Assembly: GCA_002269645.1 (NCBI GenBank)
Contig: NIVC01001774.1
Span: 62,001 to 126,000, forward strand
Length of the DNA stretch: 64,000 bases
Reading direction: 5' to 3'
Source: Macrostomum lignano
Taxonomy: Eukaryota
A program made the translations under genes and the position numbers. Under the pieces are notes generated by a model that worked only from the letters and a program-made list of their open reading frames with translations, did not search any database and had not been told where the DNA came from. Below, one piece after another: positions 1 through 11,050 of this stretch. Positions within the stretch are counted from its first letter, which is position 1. Each line of letters starts with the position of its first letter.

Positions 1-1
1 C

Positions 2-820
2 AGCGAGGGCGAACGACAGAAGACCCAGCGCTTTCGCGTCTGGATCCCGGCCGGCAGTGCCATTAAGTCCGGAGATCAGCTTAGGCAAATATTGCTAAAG
101 CTGCACCCCGACCTTAAGGTCAACGGGCTCCTACACCACGCCACTTCCCGCAAGGAGAAGGGGGCTACGGTGATCCTAGGGCTCTCTGATGACTGGGCTA
201 AGCGCTTGCCGCCTAAGTCCACAATTCATATTGGTCTGACTCAGCTGACCATCCTCCGTTGCGAGGAGCGGAAAGCTGATGAAGCCAAGAATGCCAAAGC
301 TTCCGAAACCGGAACTGGGGCCCAGGCTCCTCCGGCAAAGAAGCCGAGGCAAACGGCCGATCCTATGCCCGGTAAGGCAGTTCGCGCTGCTGAAACCGGA
401 AATCGCAATCGCAGACCCGCCAGGAGCACCCGGAGGTCCGGCCTGATCCAGCGCGCGCTGGACCAGGCCAAGAACCTTCGTGCGCATCGTGAGCGGGCCC
501 GCGCTTCTCGCGCTCCACCCCAACAGCCAGAAGGCCAGACTCTAAGCGGGGAGGCTCCGACCGACTGGTTCGAGTCTGTGACTCACCAGGAGGCTGGCGC
601 CACCCGCATCGACCTGACCGACGAGGCAGAGGGGACGGGCAGTGACAGCACCGAAGCACGCAGGAGAGGCGACGGTAACGTCCACGCTGGGCTCACGTCC
701 GCGGAGGACTCCACAGCCACCCTAACTGCTGAGGACGCTGAAACTCCCATGGAGGTCTGCGGGTCACCCACCACTGAAAAGGAGGAGGATGACCTGCTCA
801 ACGATTCCCCAACTGCGTGA
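2..820 (+). CDS. ORF1 of LOA-like non-LTR retrotransposon (5' end outside window)
   Basis: Frame is open from position 2 (SEGERQKTQRFRVWIPAG...LKLHPDL...GATVILGL...HIGLTQLTILR). This resembles the DUF4780-type ORF1 region of LOA elements (recalled similarity), followed by a basic/acidic low-complexity tail. Stop at 818-820 abuts ORF2. Confidence 0.75.
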   Translation, partial: SEGERQKTQRFRVWIPAGSAIKSGDQLRQILLKLHPDLKVNGLLHHATSRKEKGATVILGLSDDWAKRLPPKSTIHIGLTQLTILRCEERKADEAKNAKASETGTGAQAPPAKKPRQTADPMPGKAVRAAETGNRNRRPARSTRRSGLIQRALDQAKNLRAHRERARASRAPPQQPEGQTLSGEAPTDWFESVTHQEAGATRIDLTDEAEGTGSDSTEARRRGDGNVHAGLTSAEDSTATLTAEDAETPMEVCGSPTTEKEEDDLLNDSPTA

Positions 821-822
821 TA

Positions 823-3800
823 ATGATCAGCAACCAGGGAATCCATTGCCTGCAGATTAATCTGCAGCACTGCGTCGCAGCCTCGGTCAACCTTATGCGT
901 TACGCCGAGCTCGACAAGCCGGGGCTCATCCTCGTCCAGGAACCCTGGACTCTCAGAGGTAAGCCTCAAAACGCCCCTGCTGGCTACAATTGTTTTTATA
1001 CTTACCCTCGCGAGGCCAACCAGCCTCCCAGAGCTTGCATCTTTGCGAGCAAAACGCTCAGTGCGTGGCTCAGATCGGACCTGTCCAACAGGGACATCTG
1101 CGTCATCCAATCCGAGGACCTTCTTCCTGGGAAGACCACCCTCATTGCCTCGGTTTACCTACCAGGCGATGCTGCGGTCGTCCCCAGAGCCCTCGCTACG
1201 CTGGTAGAGCTCTGCTCTGCCAAAAACTACGAGCTCATGGTTGCCGGCGACATCAACGCCCACCACACTCACTGGGGCAGCACTGGCATTAATCAGAGAG
1301 GCGAAGACCTCCTAGCCTACGTTGCCTCTACGACCCTCGAGTTCTGCAACTCTGGGTCCACCCCTACCTTTGACAACGGACGGTGGTCGGAGGTGATCGA
1401 CGCTACGCTCGCAACGCCCAGACTCTACCAGAGTATTGGGGCGTGGCGGGTGCTTCCAGTGTCCTCACTATCGGATCACAAGTTCATCTCCTTCAACCTA
1501 ATGGCCGCGCGTAGCGCAACTCGTGTTATGTGGAGACGGAACGCCAGAAATACGGATTGGGAAACCTTCGGGCTCGCCCTGAAGGAATTCCATCGGTCTC
1601 CTGGCCAACCATCCACGATCACGTCGTGCCGAGAGGCGGATGAGTGCGCGACTGTTTTGACAGAGACGCTAACCGCCGCCTTTGAGGCGTCCTGCCCTTT
1701 AAAAGCCTATAAAGGGAAAAAATCGGCGCCGTGGTGGAATCCCGAGCTCGGCAACCTCCGTCGCAGGGCTAAGAGACTCCACCGCAGAGCAACTAAAACT
1801 AAGAGCCCTGCAGACCAAACCGCCTATCATGAAGCAATTCATGAGTTTAAAAGGCAGGTTAGGAATGCAAAGGCTCAAAAATGGCGACAATACTGTGAGG
1901 AGCTAGAGGGCTCACGCCCCACCTCCAGAGTTGTGAAAGCGCTCACGCTGGACAAAATGTCTAAGCTCTCCTCGGTCAAACGCACCGACGGTACGTCCAC
2001 GGACAACCCAGGGGAAACGCTTGATGTAATGCTCACTGCGTTTTTCCCTAACGAGCCAGCTAACCAGACCACTCCGGATCACTCGGAGGGAGGTCACGCG
2101 CTGGCTGCATCTATCATCACGGAGGACCGCATTGTGAGAGCGGCAAATTCCTTCAAGCCTTTCAAAGCCCCAGGACCCGACGGCATTGTACCGGCCCTTC
2201 TAAGAGAGGCGGTTAAATGCCCAGGCTTCCTGCGCAAACTTTGCAGCCTTCTTCGGGCATGCATCACGCTTGGTTATGTCCCGCAGGCATGGACCGAGGC
2301 AAAGGTGATCTTTATCCCTAAGCCAGGCCGCCCGGACTACCATTCTATCAAATCCTTCAGACCGATCAGCTTGACCTCCTCCCTGGTCAAGCTGATGGAG
2401 AGACTGGTGCTTTGGCGCCTTCTCTCTGTTGAGCTGAAGAACAAACCTCTCAGCGAGAACCAGCACGCTTTTCGGGCGGGTCGCTCCACTGAAAGCGCGC
2501 TGCACGTCCTGGTCGATAAACTCGAGAAGGCCGTGCTTGGTAGTGGCTTTGCTCTGGGGATCTTCCTGGACATCATTGGCGCCTTCGATAACGTCCTCTT
2601 TGAGGCGTTCCGAAGAGCTCTTTGTGAGAGGCTAACGCACTCACATCTCACCAGATGGATCATGTACATGATCAGCCATCGCACGGCCACCGCCAGTCTG
2701 CTGGGCTACCAGAGGACGGTCCCCGTCTGCAAAGGTAGCCCGCAAGGTGGGGTGCTGTCTCCAGTTCTCTGGAATATGGTCATCGATGAGCTCCTCCGGG
2801 ATGTTCGGCCTGACCCCATTCTGAAAGTTGGATATGCGGACGATGTCACCGCGGTGGCATCTGGTCCGTCCCCTGATACCCTCAGGGACCTTCTTCAGAA
2901 CTTCATCTACGCTGCTGAGCAATGGGCGGACCGCTGTGGTTTAAGGCTCTCTGAGACTAAGACCGCAGTGATCATGTTCACCAGCAGGACCAAGTGGCAG
3001 ATTCGGCCGCTCACGCTTTACGGAAGGGAAATCCCCTTCTGCAAGCAGACTAAATGTCTGGGTATTACCCTGGACCACAGGCTGAACTGGTCTCCCCACG
3101 TTCAAACAAAAGCCAAAAAGGCCTTCGCAGTCCTCGCGCAATTGCGCAGGGCCGTCGGCACCACCTGGGGGCTCACCCCCAAGCGCCTCTGGTGGATCTA
3201 CACTGCAATGGTTAGGCCCGCTATCTCGTATGGCGGCCTGATCTGGGCTAGCGCCCTGCAGATAAAGACCTGTCTAGAGGCTCTCAGGAGAGCGCAAGGG
3301 CGCGCTTGTCGCACGATCATGAGCGCCCCTCCGTCTGCTCCTTACGATGGCCTCAACGCCTTCCTCAACATTCCTCCGCTGGACATCTTTGTCCGCAGGG
3401 AAGCGGCTAAGACTGCCCGCCGTCTAGCTGACGCTGGCATTCGAATCCAGCCCCATAGGGCCATGGCTAAGCGCAAGCTTCTGCCCCACGCTGACCTCTG
3501 CCTCAAGGACTTGAGAGACAGCGGCGGGCTCCACGTCCTATCTGACGGCGAACCCCGCACTCTCAACCTCTTTCAGCGCTACAAGGTCACCATCCCCTCT
3601 AGGGATGCTGCCAATGACCACTGGAATTTCCAGGAGGTCCATTGCTACACGGACGGATCCATCAAAGACGGTCGCGCCGGCTTTGGGGTCTGCATCATCA
3701 TCAACGGCCGCGTAATTGCCACGCATGCCCAGCACACTGGTAGACTCTCCACAGTCTTCCAGAACGAAGTCCTTGCCATCAGCTCTTGCGCTGCAGAGCT

Positions 3801-4527
3801 AAACGCCAAGGTTACGAGAGGAAAGACTATTGTCATCCACTCCGACAGCCAAGCGGCCTTACAGGCCCTTTGCCACACCACAACGAACTCCCGGACAGTC
3901 GCCGACTGCGCCCGGCAGCTCAACCTCCTGGCCAGAAGCAATACTGTCAGGCTGAAGTGGATCCCAGGGCACGCAGGGTTTCCGGGGAACGAGCTGGCAG
4001 ACACCCTCGCCAAGAGGGGCGGCTCTGGCTCTTTTTTCGGCCCTGCCCCCCTGGTCCCTATGCCCTTGACAGTCATCAATCGTCAGATCGACGACTGGGC
4101 TGACTCCCTCCACAGGGACAGATGGGCGGGCACCCAAAACTGCCGGCAATCTCGTGCCGCGGTTCCTTGCCCGTCTCACAGGCTCAGAAACATCCTTCTG
4201 AACCAGAATCGGAAGGATATTCGAGCCCTTGTCATGACCCTTACCGGCCATGGCTACCTCGCCAGGCACTGCTTCCTCCGAGGCGACCTCGAGAGCGAAA
4301 TTTGCCCCTTTTGCGAGTGCGACAATGAAGATGCTCAGCACTTTGTCTGTCACTGCCCTTTCTTTAACAGAGACCGGCTACGCTACCTCGGGCCGAACCC
4401 GTCCATTGACGAGGTTTGCCAGCCCGACAGCATCCCACGGCTCATCCAGTTCCTTCGGGCGACTAGACGAGCCAGTTTCTTCCCAACGGAAGATCACGCT
4501 GCAGGACGGACCGGCGGACCACCCTGA
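823..4527 (+). CDS. ORF2 polyprotein: AP endonuclease + reverse transcriptase + RNase H + C-terminal CCHC
   Basis: APE motifs LQINLQH, LVQEPW, GDINAHH, IDATL, SDH. RT motifs KAPGPDG, FRPISL, QHAFRAGRST, LDIIGAFDNV, GSPQGGVLSP, YADD. RNase H motifs YTDGS, NEVLAI, HSDSQAAL, WIPGH..GNELAD. Tail LTGHG...CPFCECDNEDAQHFVCHC. Uninterrupted; first ATG at 823. Confidence 0.97.
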   Translation: MISNQGIHCLQINLQHCVAASVNLMRYAELDKPGLILVQEPWTLRGKPQNAPAGYNCFYTYPREANQPPRACIFASKTLSAWLRSDLSNRDICVIQSEDLLPGKTTLIASVYLPGDAAVVPRALATLVELCSAKNYELMVAGDINAHHTHWGSTGINQRGEDLLAYVASTTLEFCNSGSTPTFDNGRWSEVIDATLATPRLYQSIGAWRVLPVSSLSDHKFISFNLMAARSATRVMWRRNARNTDWETFGLALKEFHRSPGQPSTITSCREADECATVLTETLTAAFEASCPLKAYKGKKSAPWWNPELGNLRRRAKRLHRRATKTKSPADQTAYHEAIHEFKRQVRNAKAQKWRQYCEELEGSRPTSRVVKALTLDKMSKLSSVKRTDGTSTDNPGETLDVMLTAFFPNEPANQTTPDHSEGGHALAASIITEDRIVRAANSFKPFKAPGPDGIVPALLREAVKCPGFLRKLCSLLRACITLGYVPQAWTEAKVIFIPKPGRPDYHSIKSFRPISLTSSLVKLMERLVLWRLLSVELKNKPLSENQHAFRAGRSTESALHVLVDKLEKAVLGSGFALGIFLDIIGAFDNVLFEAFRRALCERLTHSHLTRWIMYMISHRTATASLLGYQRTVPVCKGSPQGGVLSPVLWNMVIDELLRDVRPDPILKVGYADDVTAVASGPSPDTLRDLLQNFIYAAEQWADRCGLRLSETKTAVIMFTSRTKWQIRPLTLYGREIPFCKQTKCLGITLDHRLNWSPHVQTKAKKAFAVLAQLRRAVGTTWGLTPKRLWWIYTAMVRPAISYGGLIWASALQIKTCLEALRRAQGRACRTIMSAPPSAPYDGLNAFLNIPPLDIFVRREAAKTARRLADAGIRIQPHRAMAKRKLLPHADLCLKDLRDSGGLHVLSDGEPRTLNLFQRYKVTIPSRDAANDHWNFQEVHCYTDGSIKDGRAGFGVCIIINGRVIATHAQHTGRLSTVFQNEVLAISSCAAELNAKVTRGKTIVIHSDSQAALQALCHTTTNSRTVADCARQLNLLARSNTVRLKWIPGHAGFPGNELADTLAKRGGSGSFFGPAPLVPMPLTVINRQIDDWADSLHRDRWAGTQNCRQSRAAVPCPSHRLRNILLNQNRKDIRALVMTLTGHGYLARHCFLRGDLESEICPFCECDNEDAQHFVCHCPFFNRDRLRYLGPNPSIDEVCQPDSIPRLIQFLRATRRASFFPTEDHAAGRTGGPP

Positions 4528-4625
4528 CCGGCCCCACGCCTCTGCCTGTCTGCGGGCCTTCAGGGGCTAGCGGAATGGGCGACCCTCGCCTCCCCGCTGT
4601 GTCTACGGACCACCCTGCAGCTAAG

Positions 4626-7600
4626 TCAAAAGCCGGGCGACACCCGGTGAGCGGCGAACGCTCCCAGCCAGTCGATGCTAGCCAGCAGGCCGTACAGCGA
4701 GCTGCAGGCGTGGGCGTGGCGCACCGCCGACTGGGTCAGCGGGCCGGCCAGAGCCTCCAGGTCGAACGGATCGATGGCCGACTCCACCCGGCCAATCAGA
4801 GCCTCCAGCTGCCGATTGAACTCGGCATTGGCCGGGCTGTCCTCCCGGCGGGACAGCAGGGCGAACAGGAATCTGAGATCGAACAGCAGCTGTGCCAGCT
4901 GGTTTGGCGCCAGCTGCTGCTGCTGCGCTGGGCCGCTCTCGGCTGCTGCACCCGATAGCCGGGCTGTCAGGCAGCGGTCCACGATGGCCAACAGGCGGTC
5001 GGTGAGGCTGGCCAGCAGGTGCTGCAGGCTGGCCCGGCTCAGGGCGTGGCCGCCTCGTCTGCGGCGTGAGAGATTATCATATTTATCATATTTAACAAAA
5101 ATTCATAGAGCCTGACATTTCTCAAAATCGGGATATTCCGTCAATTCACTGTCGACTATCTAGGCTAGGGTTTGGGCTAGGGTCGGCAGTCACTGACCTA
5201 ATGTCACTGTCAAATGTCACTGACAGTCAAATGTCACTGGCAGTCAAATGTCACTGACAGTCAAATGTCACTGGCAGTCAAATGTCACTGACAGTCAAAT
5301 ATCACTGACAGTCGAATGTCACTGACAGTCAAATATCACTGACAGTCAAATGTCACTGACAGTCAAATATCACTGACAGTCAAATGTCACTGACAGAGTC
5401 AAATGTCACTGACAGAGTCAAATGTCACTGGCAGTCAAATGTCACTGACAGTCAAATGTCACTGACAGAGTCAAATGTCACTGACAGTCAAATGTCACTG
5501 ACAGTCAAAATGCCGTAGACCCTCAACGTTAACACTAATGTATGGATGACATTTCCCAAAAATTCCAAGCAATTTTATCCGAGAGCACAAGCACAGTCAG
5601 TCCCTATAATACTTAATGCAAGCGCCACACACTAAAGCTGGTTCCCACCTGCCCAGGTCGCGGCTCAGACCAAGCAGAAGCCGATGGCAGGGCCGCGAGG
5701 CGCACACCGGCACCATGGCGGAGGCGGCCGCGGTCGCGGCGGGGTCGGCAGAGGCGTCGCTGGAGGAGGATGAGTCGGCAGCCGCTGTGCGCCGATCCCA
5801 TCTAGCTGAGCCGGCTAAGAAAGCCATGCTCGAGCCTAGGACCTCTTCGGCGATGGCCGATTCAAATCGGCTGACGTGCCGAGTGCACAGGCCGTCCAAG
5901 TAGGCGCGGGCCAGCGACTCGGCGACGTCGCGCAGTCGCGGATCGGCTTTGGCCGCCTGCCGACGCAAATGACCGCCGCCGCCAGTTTGCGTCGATGCTG
6001 TTGTCAAGCTAGGCAGCAGCGTTGCCATAGCAACGCCCAGTCGCTGCATAGCCAACAGGCAGTGCTCCGAAGACGATTCGGCAGCCGCCTCCTGCGAGCC
6101 GAGCGACTCCAACCTGCCAGCGCACCGGCCAATGAAGTCGTCGAGCAGGCCGCGCACCGCAGCCAGACCGTCCTCGGAGCCGCCGCCTCCGTCAGCCATC
6201 TGGGCGGACTCGATGCTGGCGAACAGGCCGCGGACAGTTGTCCGACAAGCGTCGCACAGAGCCTGCAAGCGCGGCGTCAACAGCGCCAGCCTATTCGCTA
6301 CGGTCTCTTTAGCCGAGTCCGACCAGAGAAAAGCGGCCGGGTCCAGTTCGGCGTGAATCCGGCCGCGCCGGCCACTGTCCGAGTCAGCCTGTTGTCCGGC
6401 GCCGGCGCGAATGTCCGCCAGCAATTGGTCGAGGCTGTCGGACCAGCTGTTGTAGAGCGAGTCCAGGGCCGACTTGCACAGGGACTGCGAAGGTGGGACA
6501 GAAGATGAGTAGGCGTTTTTTTCAGTGAAACCCCTCTAAATTGCTCAAATTTTTATGGCGCAAAAATGATTAAGGCATCAACTGTATGCTCACTGACTCT
6601 GATGGATTTCTTATTAAGCGATTTCTCATTCGTCACCAACCTCTTTCCGTTCTCTCCGTCCGTACCACCTCCTTCCGTCACCCACCCACTCTTCTCTATT
6701 CGTAACCTCTGTCACCCACTCACTTCTCTAACCTCTCTCCGTCACCCACCTACCCTTCTCCAACCTCTGTCACCCACCCATCCTTCTCTAACCTCTGTCA
6801 CCCACCCATCCTTCTCTAACCTCTTTCCGTCACCCACCCCAGTCACACACGTCTCTCCATCACCCACCCCAGTCACATACAGCGTCACGCACCCTTTCCA
6901 CCCCCAACCCCACCACAGCCTCACCGTCAGCTTGGTGTGAAACACCGGCTGGAAAATCTCGCTCCACAGATCCAGGCGGCGCTCGAACACCGCCGAACAG
7001 CAGGTTGCCCAATCAGGCGACGCGTTGACCTCCTTGAACTGCGCCAGCAGGGCGCACCGGATGGAGTACAGGCTGGCTAGATCTGACACAAAATTCAGCG
7101 CCTCAACCAGCTGGTAGTTCAGGAATTCCCTCGTCCTTTATAGGGCGGTTGGGGAGGCGGGGAACAAGAAACGAAAAGTTGGGCGATGAGCAATAAACGT
7201 TAAAAATGAAAACAGATTTGCCAATAACGCTCACCCCAATCACCCACCTCCTCCATCACCCACCCCCTTATCTACCTCCATCACCCACCTCCTCCATCAC
7301 CCACCTCCTCCATCACCCACCTCCTCCATCACCCACCTCCTCCATCACCCACCTCCTCCATCACCCACCTCCTCCATCACCCACCTCCTCCATCACCCAC
7401 CTCCTCCATCACCCACCTCCTCCATCACCCACCTCCTCCATCACCCACCTCCTCCATCACCCACCTCCTCCATCACCCACCTCCTCCATTATCTACCTCC
7501 ATCAGTCAGTTAAACTCACCTCTCTAGCCACTCATCAGCGGCCGCCTTGAGCCCGCGCACAGTCAAGTCGCAGTCCTCCAGATTTTGCATCGGCTGATAG

Positions 7601-10600
7601 GCCAGCACATACTCTGGCAGGTGCCGAGTGCCCACCTGGGCAGAGTCAAAGCTAGCCAGAACCAGCCGAGCATTCACCTGCAGCTTCTCTTGAACTATTC
7701 GCTGCAGTAGTCCGGACTCTGCGGGTTACAGGATGCAGAGTTATTCTATTAACACAGCACTAGAGGAGCATCAATAAGGCCAATTAAAAAACCTACCGAA
7801 TTGAGCAGACGATGAGAACAGCGTGTGACAAATCTCAACTGACGATAGCAAATTTGTTGCTACTAGAAGAAACTGCGCTTTAGAAGTCTCAGTTTCCATG
7901 TCGCGAAATGTTAACTCGATTGATTGCTGCAGAGTATAAGCGGGGTTGCGGTGCCACGCGGCTGAACTATTGGATATTATTGGGAATTAAGTATCCCGAT
8001 ATTTGAGTTAGAAACTCGCGAGACTAGATTTCTATTCTAGATGTTCAATAGATCTCCATTTTAGATGTCCAATAGATCTCCATTTTAGATGTCCAATAGA
8101 TCTCTTTTCTAGATGTCCGATAGATCTCTATTCTAGATGTCCGATAGATCTCCATTCTAGATGTTCAATAGATCTCCATTCTAGATGTCCGATAGATCTC
8201 CATTCTAGATGTTCAATAGATCCCCATTCTAGATGTTCAATAGATCTCCATTCTAGATGTTCAATAGATCTCCATTCTAGATGTTGAACAATCCAGCTCA
8301 GACCCACAACTTAAAGGGCCATTATTCCAATCAGCAACAGAAGCAGCAACCAACCGATCTCAGACTGAAAAAGTCGGCAATAACGGCTTCAATGCCCAGG
8401 CCATTGAGCAGCATGAGGGCGGCCAGGTGCTGGGCGAAGGCTTGGCTCCGATCGCACAGGCTGCCTGCGCTGAATGTGATTGGCTGGGCCAGCAGCTCGC
8501 GGCATCTGGCAACCACCGGCTTCTTCAATTGGCCAACGTCAGACCAGCGCAGCAGAGCCTCAGCTTTGAGTCCGGCCTCCTCTAAATCGGGATTCAACTC
8601 CAGATGCGTGTGCACGTGAGATGCGATGAAGAATAACTGAGCGGCTGACAGGCAGCTCTGCGATTCCAGGCTGGAGTACACCTGGCACAGAATGAGTAGA
8701 ATATGAAATTCATTTCACACTCTATTCTTACTACTTGTAAGTAGCGATGTCTTTTTCTTCTTAGCGAGTTATGGGGAGAGCTTTTAGGCACTGCCGCAAA
8801 TCAAGGGAGGCAAGCAGTCATTGCCCTATTCGCTGACCCCTTTAGAACGCAGACGCTCACACAGGGTGTACAGTGGCTCTGACTGCCATTGTCAGGTAGT
8901 ATGTACACTCTGTGTCTGATGGGGGTGGCCGCTTAGCTGCTCACCCCTCTCTCCTGGCTGCAGCTGCGACTAAGACAGACACTGACTGTCTCAGTGTGCC
9001 TCAGTGTCTGTCTTAGTGTCTTTCTCAGTGTCTGTCTTAGTGTCTGTCTCAGTGCCTGTCTTAGTGTCTGCCTCAGTGTCTGTCTCAGTGTCTGTCTTAG
9101 TGTCTGTTTCAGTGTCTGTCTCAGTGTCTGTTTCAGTGTCTGTCTCAGTGTCTGTTTCAGTGTCTGTCTCAGTGTCTGTTTCAGTGTCTGTCTCAGTGTC
9201 TGTCTCAGTGTCTGTCTCAGTGCCTGTCTTAGTGTCTGCCTCAGTGTCTGTCTTAGTGTCGGCCTCAGTGTCTGTCTTAGTGTCTGCCTCAGTGTCTGTC
9301 TTAGCGTCTGCCTCAGTGTCTGTCTTAGTGTCTGCCTCAGTGTCTGTCTTAGTGTCGGCCTCATAGTGTCTGCCTCAGTGTCTGTCTCAGTGTCTGTCTC
9401 ATAGTGTCTGCCTCATAGTGTCTGCCTCAGTGTCTGCCTCATAGTGTCTGCCTCAGTGTCTGTCTCATAGTGTCTGCCTCAGTGTCTGTCTCATAGACTC
9501 ATAGTGTCTGCCTCATAGTGTCTGCCTCAGTGTCTGTCTCATAGTGTCTGCCTCAGTGTCTGCCTCATAGTGTCTGCCTCATAGTGTCTGCCTCAGTGTC
9601 TGCCTCATAGTGTCTGCCTCAGTGTCTGTCTCATAGTGTCTGCCTCAGTGTCTGTCTTAGTGTCTGCCTCAGTGTCTGTCTCATAGTGTCTGCCTCATAG
9701 TGTCTGTCTCATAGTGTCTGCCTCAGTGTCTGCCTCAGTGTCTGTCTTAGTGTCTGCCTCATAGTGTCTGCCTCAGTGTCTGTCTCAGTGTCTGTCTCAG
9801 TGTCTGCCTCAGTGTCTGTCTTAGTGTCTGCCTCATAGTGTCTGCCTCAGTGTCTGCCTCAGTGTCTGTCTCAGTGTCTGTCTCAGTGTCTGCCTCAGTG
9901 TCTGTCTCATAGTGTCTGCCTCAGTGTCTGCCTCAGTGTCTGTCTCATAGTGTCTGCCTCATAGTGTCTGCCTCAGTGTCTGCCTCAGTGTCTGCCTCAG
10001 TGTCTGCCTCAGTGTCTGCCTCAGTGTCTGCCTCAGTGTCTGCCTCAGTGTCTGCCTCAGTGTCTGTCTCATAGTGTCTGCCTCAGTGTCTGTCTCAGTG
10101 TCAGACTCAGTGTCCGTCTCAAGCGTATTTGTGTCCGCTTTGTATGTCTTGATAGCATCCGTATTATAAGTGTTCATCTTAGCGTCGTTTTCAGCCTTCC
10201 AGACTTCATTCAGCCCCCTGGGAGGGACCAGTGTGCTAGTCTAACTATACTAAATCAATGTGCTACACATGCCCTAGCCAGCTCCGCACCAGTTCAGGCG
10301 TGTCCAGCAGAAGGCGGATCTGGGCGCCGATTTGACTTCGCCTGACTCGCAATTCGAATCTGGGATCCACCGCCTCCTGGCCGACGCCGACTCCGTCACC
10401 ATGGCGACGCCGGGCGAATGCTTGCAGATGACGACGCTCGCGTTGTAGTCTGGTCCGATGGGCGCTCAGCTGAGCGAGGCTGTCGTTGATCTCCTGCGCG
10501 CTGCCGCTCATGGTTTTGATGACGTCAGCGGCCACGATGAGCTCGCGGTAACGCTCACTTGAGGGGGGCGTGTGAGGTTAAATCCACTTCAGAATTCTGT

Positions 10601-11050
10601 TACAGACAGGCTAGCACACTGCATGTACAATTGGATAGACAGACAAAACACGAGTTGACAGGCAGAGAATCAGAACAGTCACAAATAGCTTGCATTAGGT
10701 TGACAGATCGACTGAATTCCATTACACTGACCAATGTCAGAGGCGCGGAGCTTTATATCTGTTCATCTGTCTGAAATACTGACTGACTGACTGACTGACA
10801 CACACACACAGACAGGCAGGCAGACAGACACAGGCAGACAGACAGGCAGGCAAGCAGGCAGACACTAAGACAGACATACACAGACAGGCAGACAGACAGA
10901 CTTGAGAAACAATAGTGTTAACTCAAGCACAACTCACCCAACAAGGAATCGAAGCTCCTCTTTCTTTCTTTCAATCTCATTTCGCGTCCTCTTCTCAATG
11001 GCGCGCACTTGCTCCACTGTATTTTCTTCAAACAGATTAAGAACATCCAT
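4626..11050 (-). CDS. COG1: Conserved oligomeric Golgi complex subunit 1 (7 coding exons, possibly C-terminally truncated)
   Basis: Exons (minus): 10938-11050, 10290-10557, ~8355-8681, 7520-~7718, 6925-7135, 5649-6484, 4626-5058. All GT-AG with consistent phases, except an ambiguous exon 3/4 junction. Motifs LFEENTVEQVR...EIERKKEELRFLVG/ERYRELIVAADVI, QIRLLLDTPEL/VYSSLE, R/RGGHAL, QLLFDLRFL, IDPFDL and SSLYGLL match the COG1 family. About 795 aa. Confidence 0.9.
5195..5510. repeat. 17-bp minisatellite (CAGTCAAATGTCACTGA)n in COG1 intron 6
   Basis: About 18 near-identical tandem units visible. Confidence 0.95.
6630..6900. repeat. Degenerate C-rich tandem repeat (CTCTGTCACCCACCCATCCTTCTCTAAC-like) in COG1 intron 5
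   Basis: Repeated GTCACCCAC / CTCTAACCTCT motifs. Confidence 0.8.
7225..7505. repeat. 16-bp minisatellite (CATCACCCACCTCCTC)n in COG1 intron 4
   Basis: About 16 tandem units. Confidence 0.95.
8030..8290. repeat. 24-bp minisatellite (TCTAGATGTTCAATAGATCTCCAT)n in COG1 intron 3
   Basis: About 10 units, each containing the palindromes TCTAGA and AGATCT. Confidence 0.93.
8985..10110. repeat. 12/14-bp minisatellite (TCAGTGTCTGCC / TCATAGTGTCTGCC)n in COG1 intron 2
   Basis: About 1.1-kb array; explains the RQTL and VSVS repeat ORFs. Confidence 0.97.
10780..10905. repeat. CAGA/CAGG-type microsatellite in COG1 intron 1
   Basis: ACTG, CA and CAGACAGGCA runs. Confidence 0.8.

Larger units (their letters stand above)
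1..4631 (+). mobile_element. Non-LTR retrotransposon (LINE), LOA/I-group-like, apparently intact
   Basis: Two ORFs, ORF2 with RNase H, about 100-nt 3'UTR ending ...GCAGCTAAGTCAAAA, after which COG1 coding sequence (minus strand) begins. The exact 3' boundary is inferred. Confidence 0.9.

Noticed and set aside
8933-10177. RQTL and VSVS repeat ORFs
   Set aside because: Minisatellite translations inside COG1 intron 2
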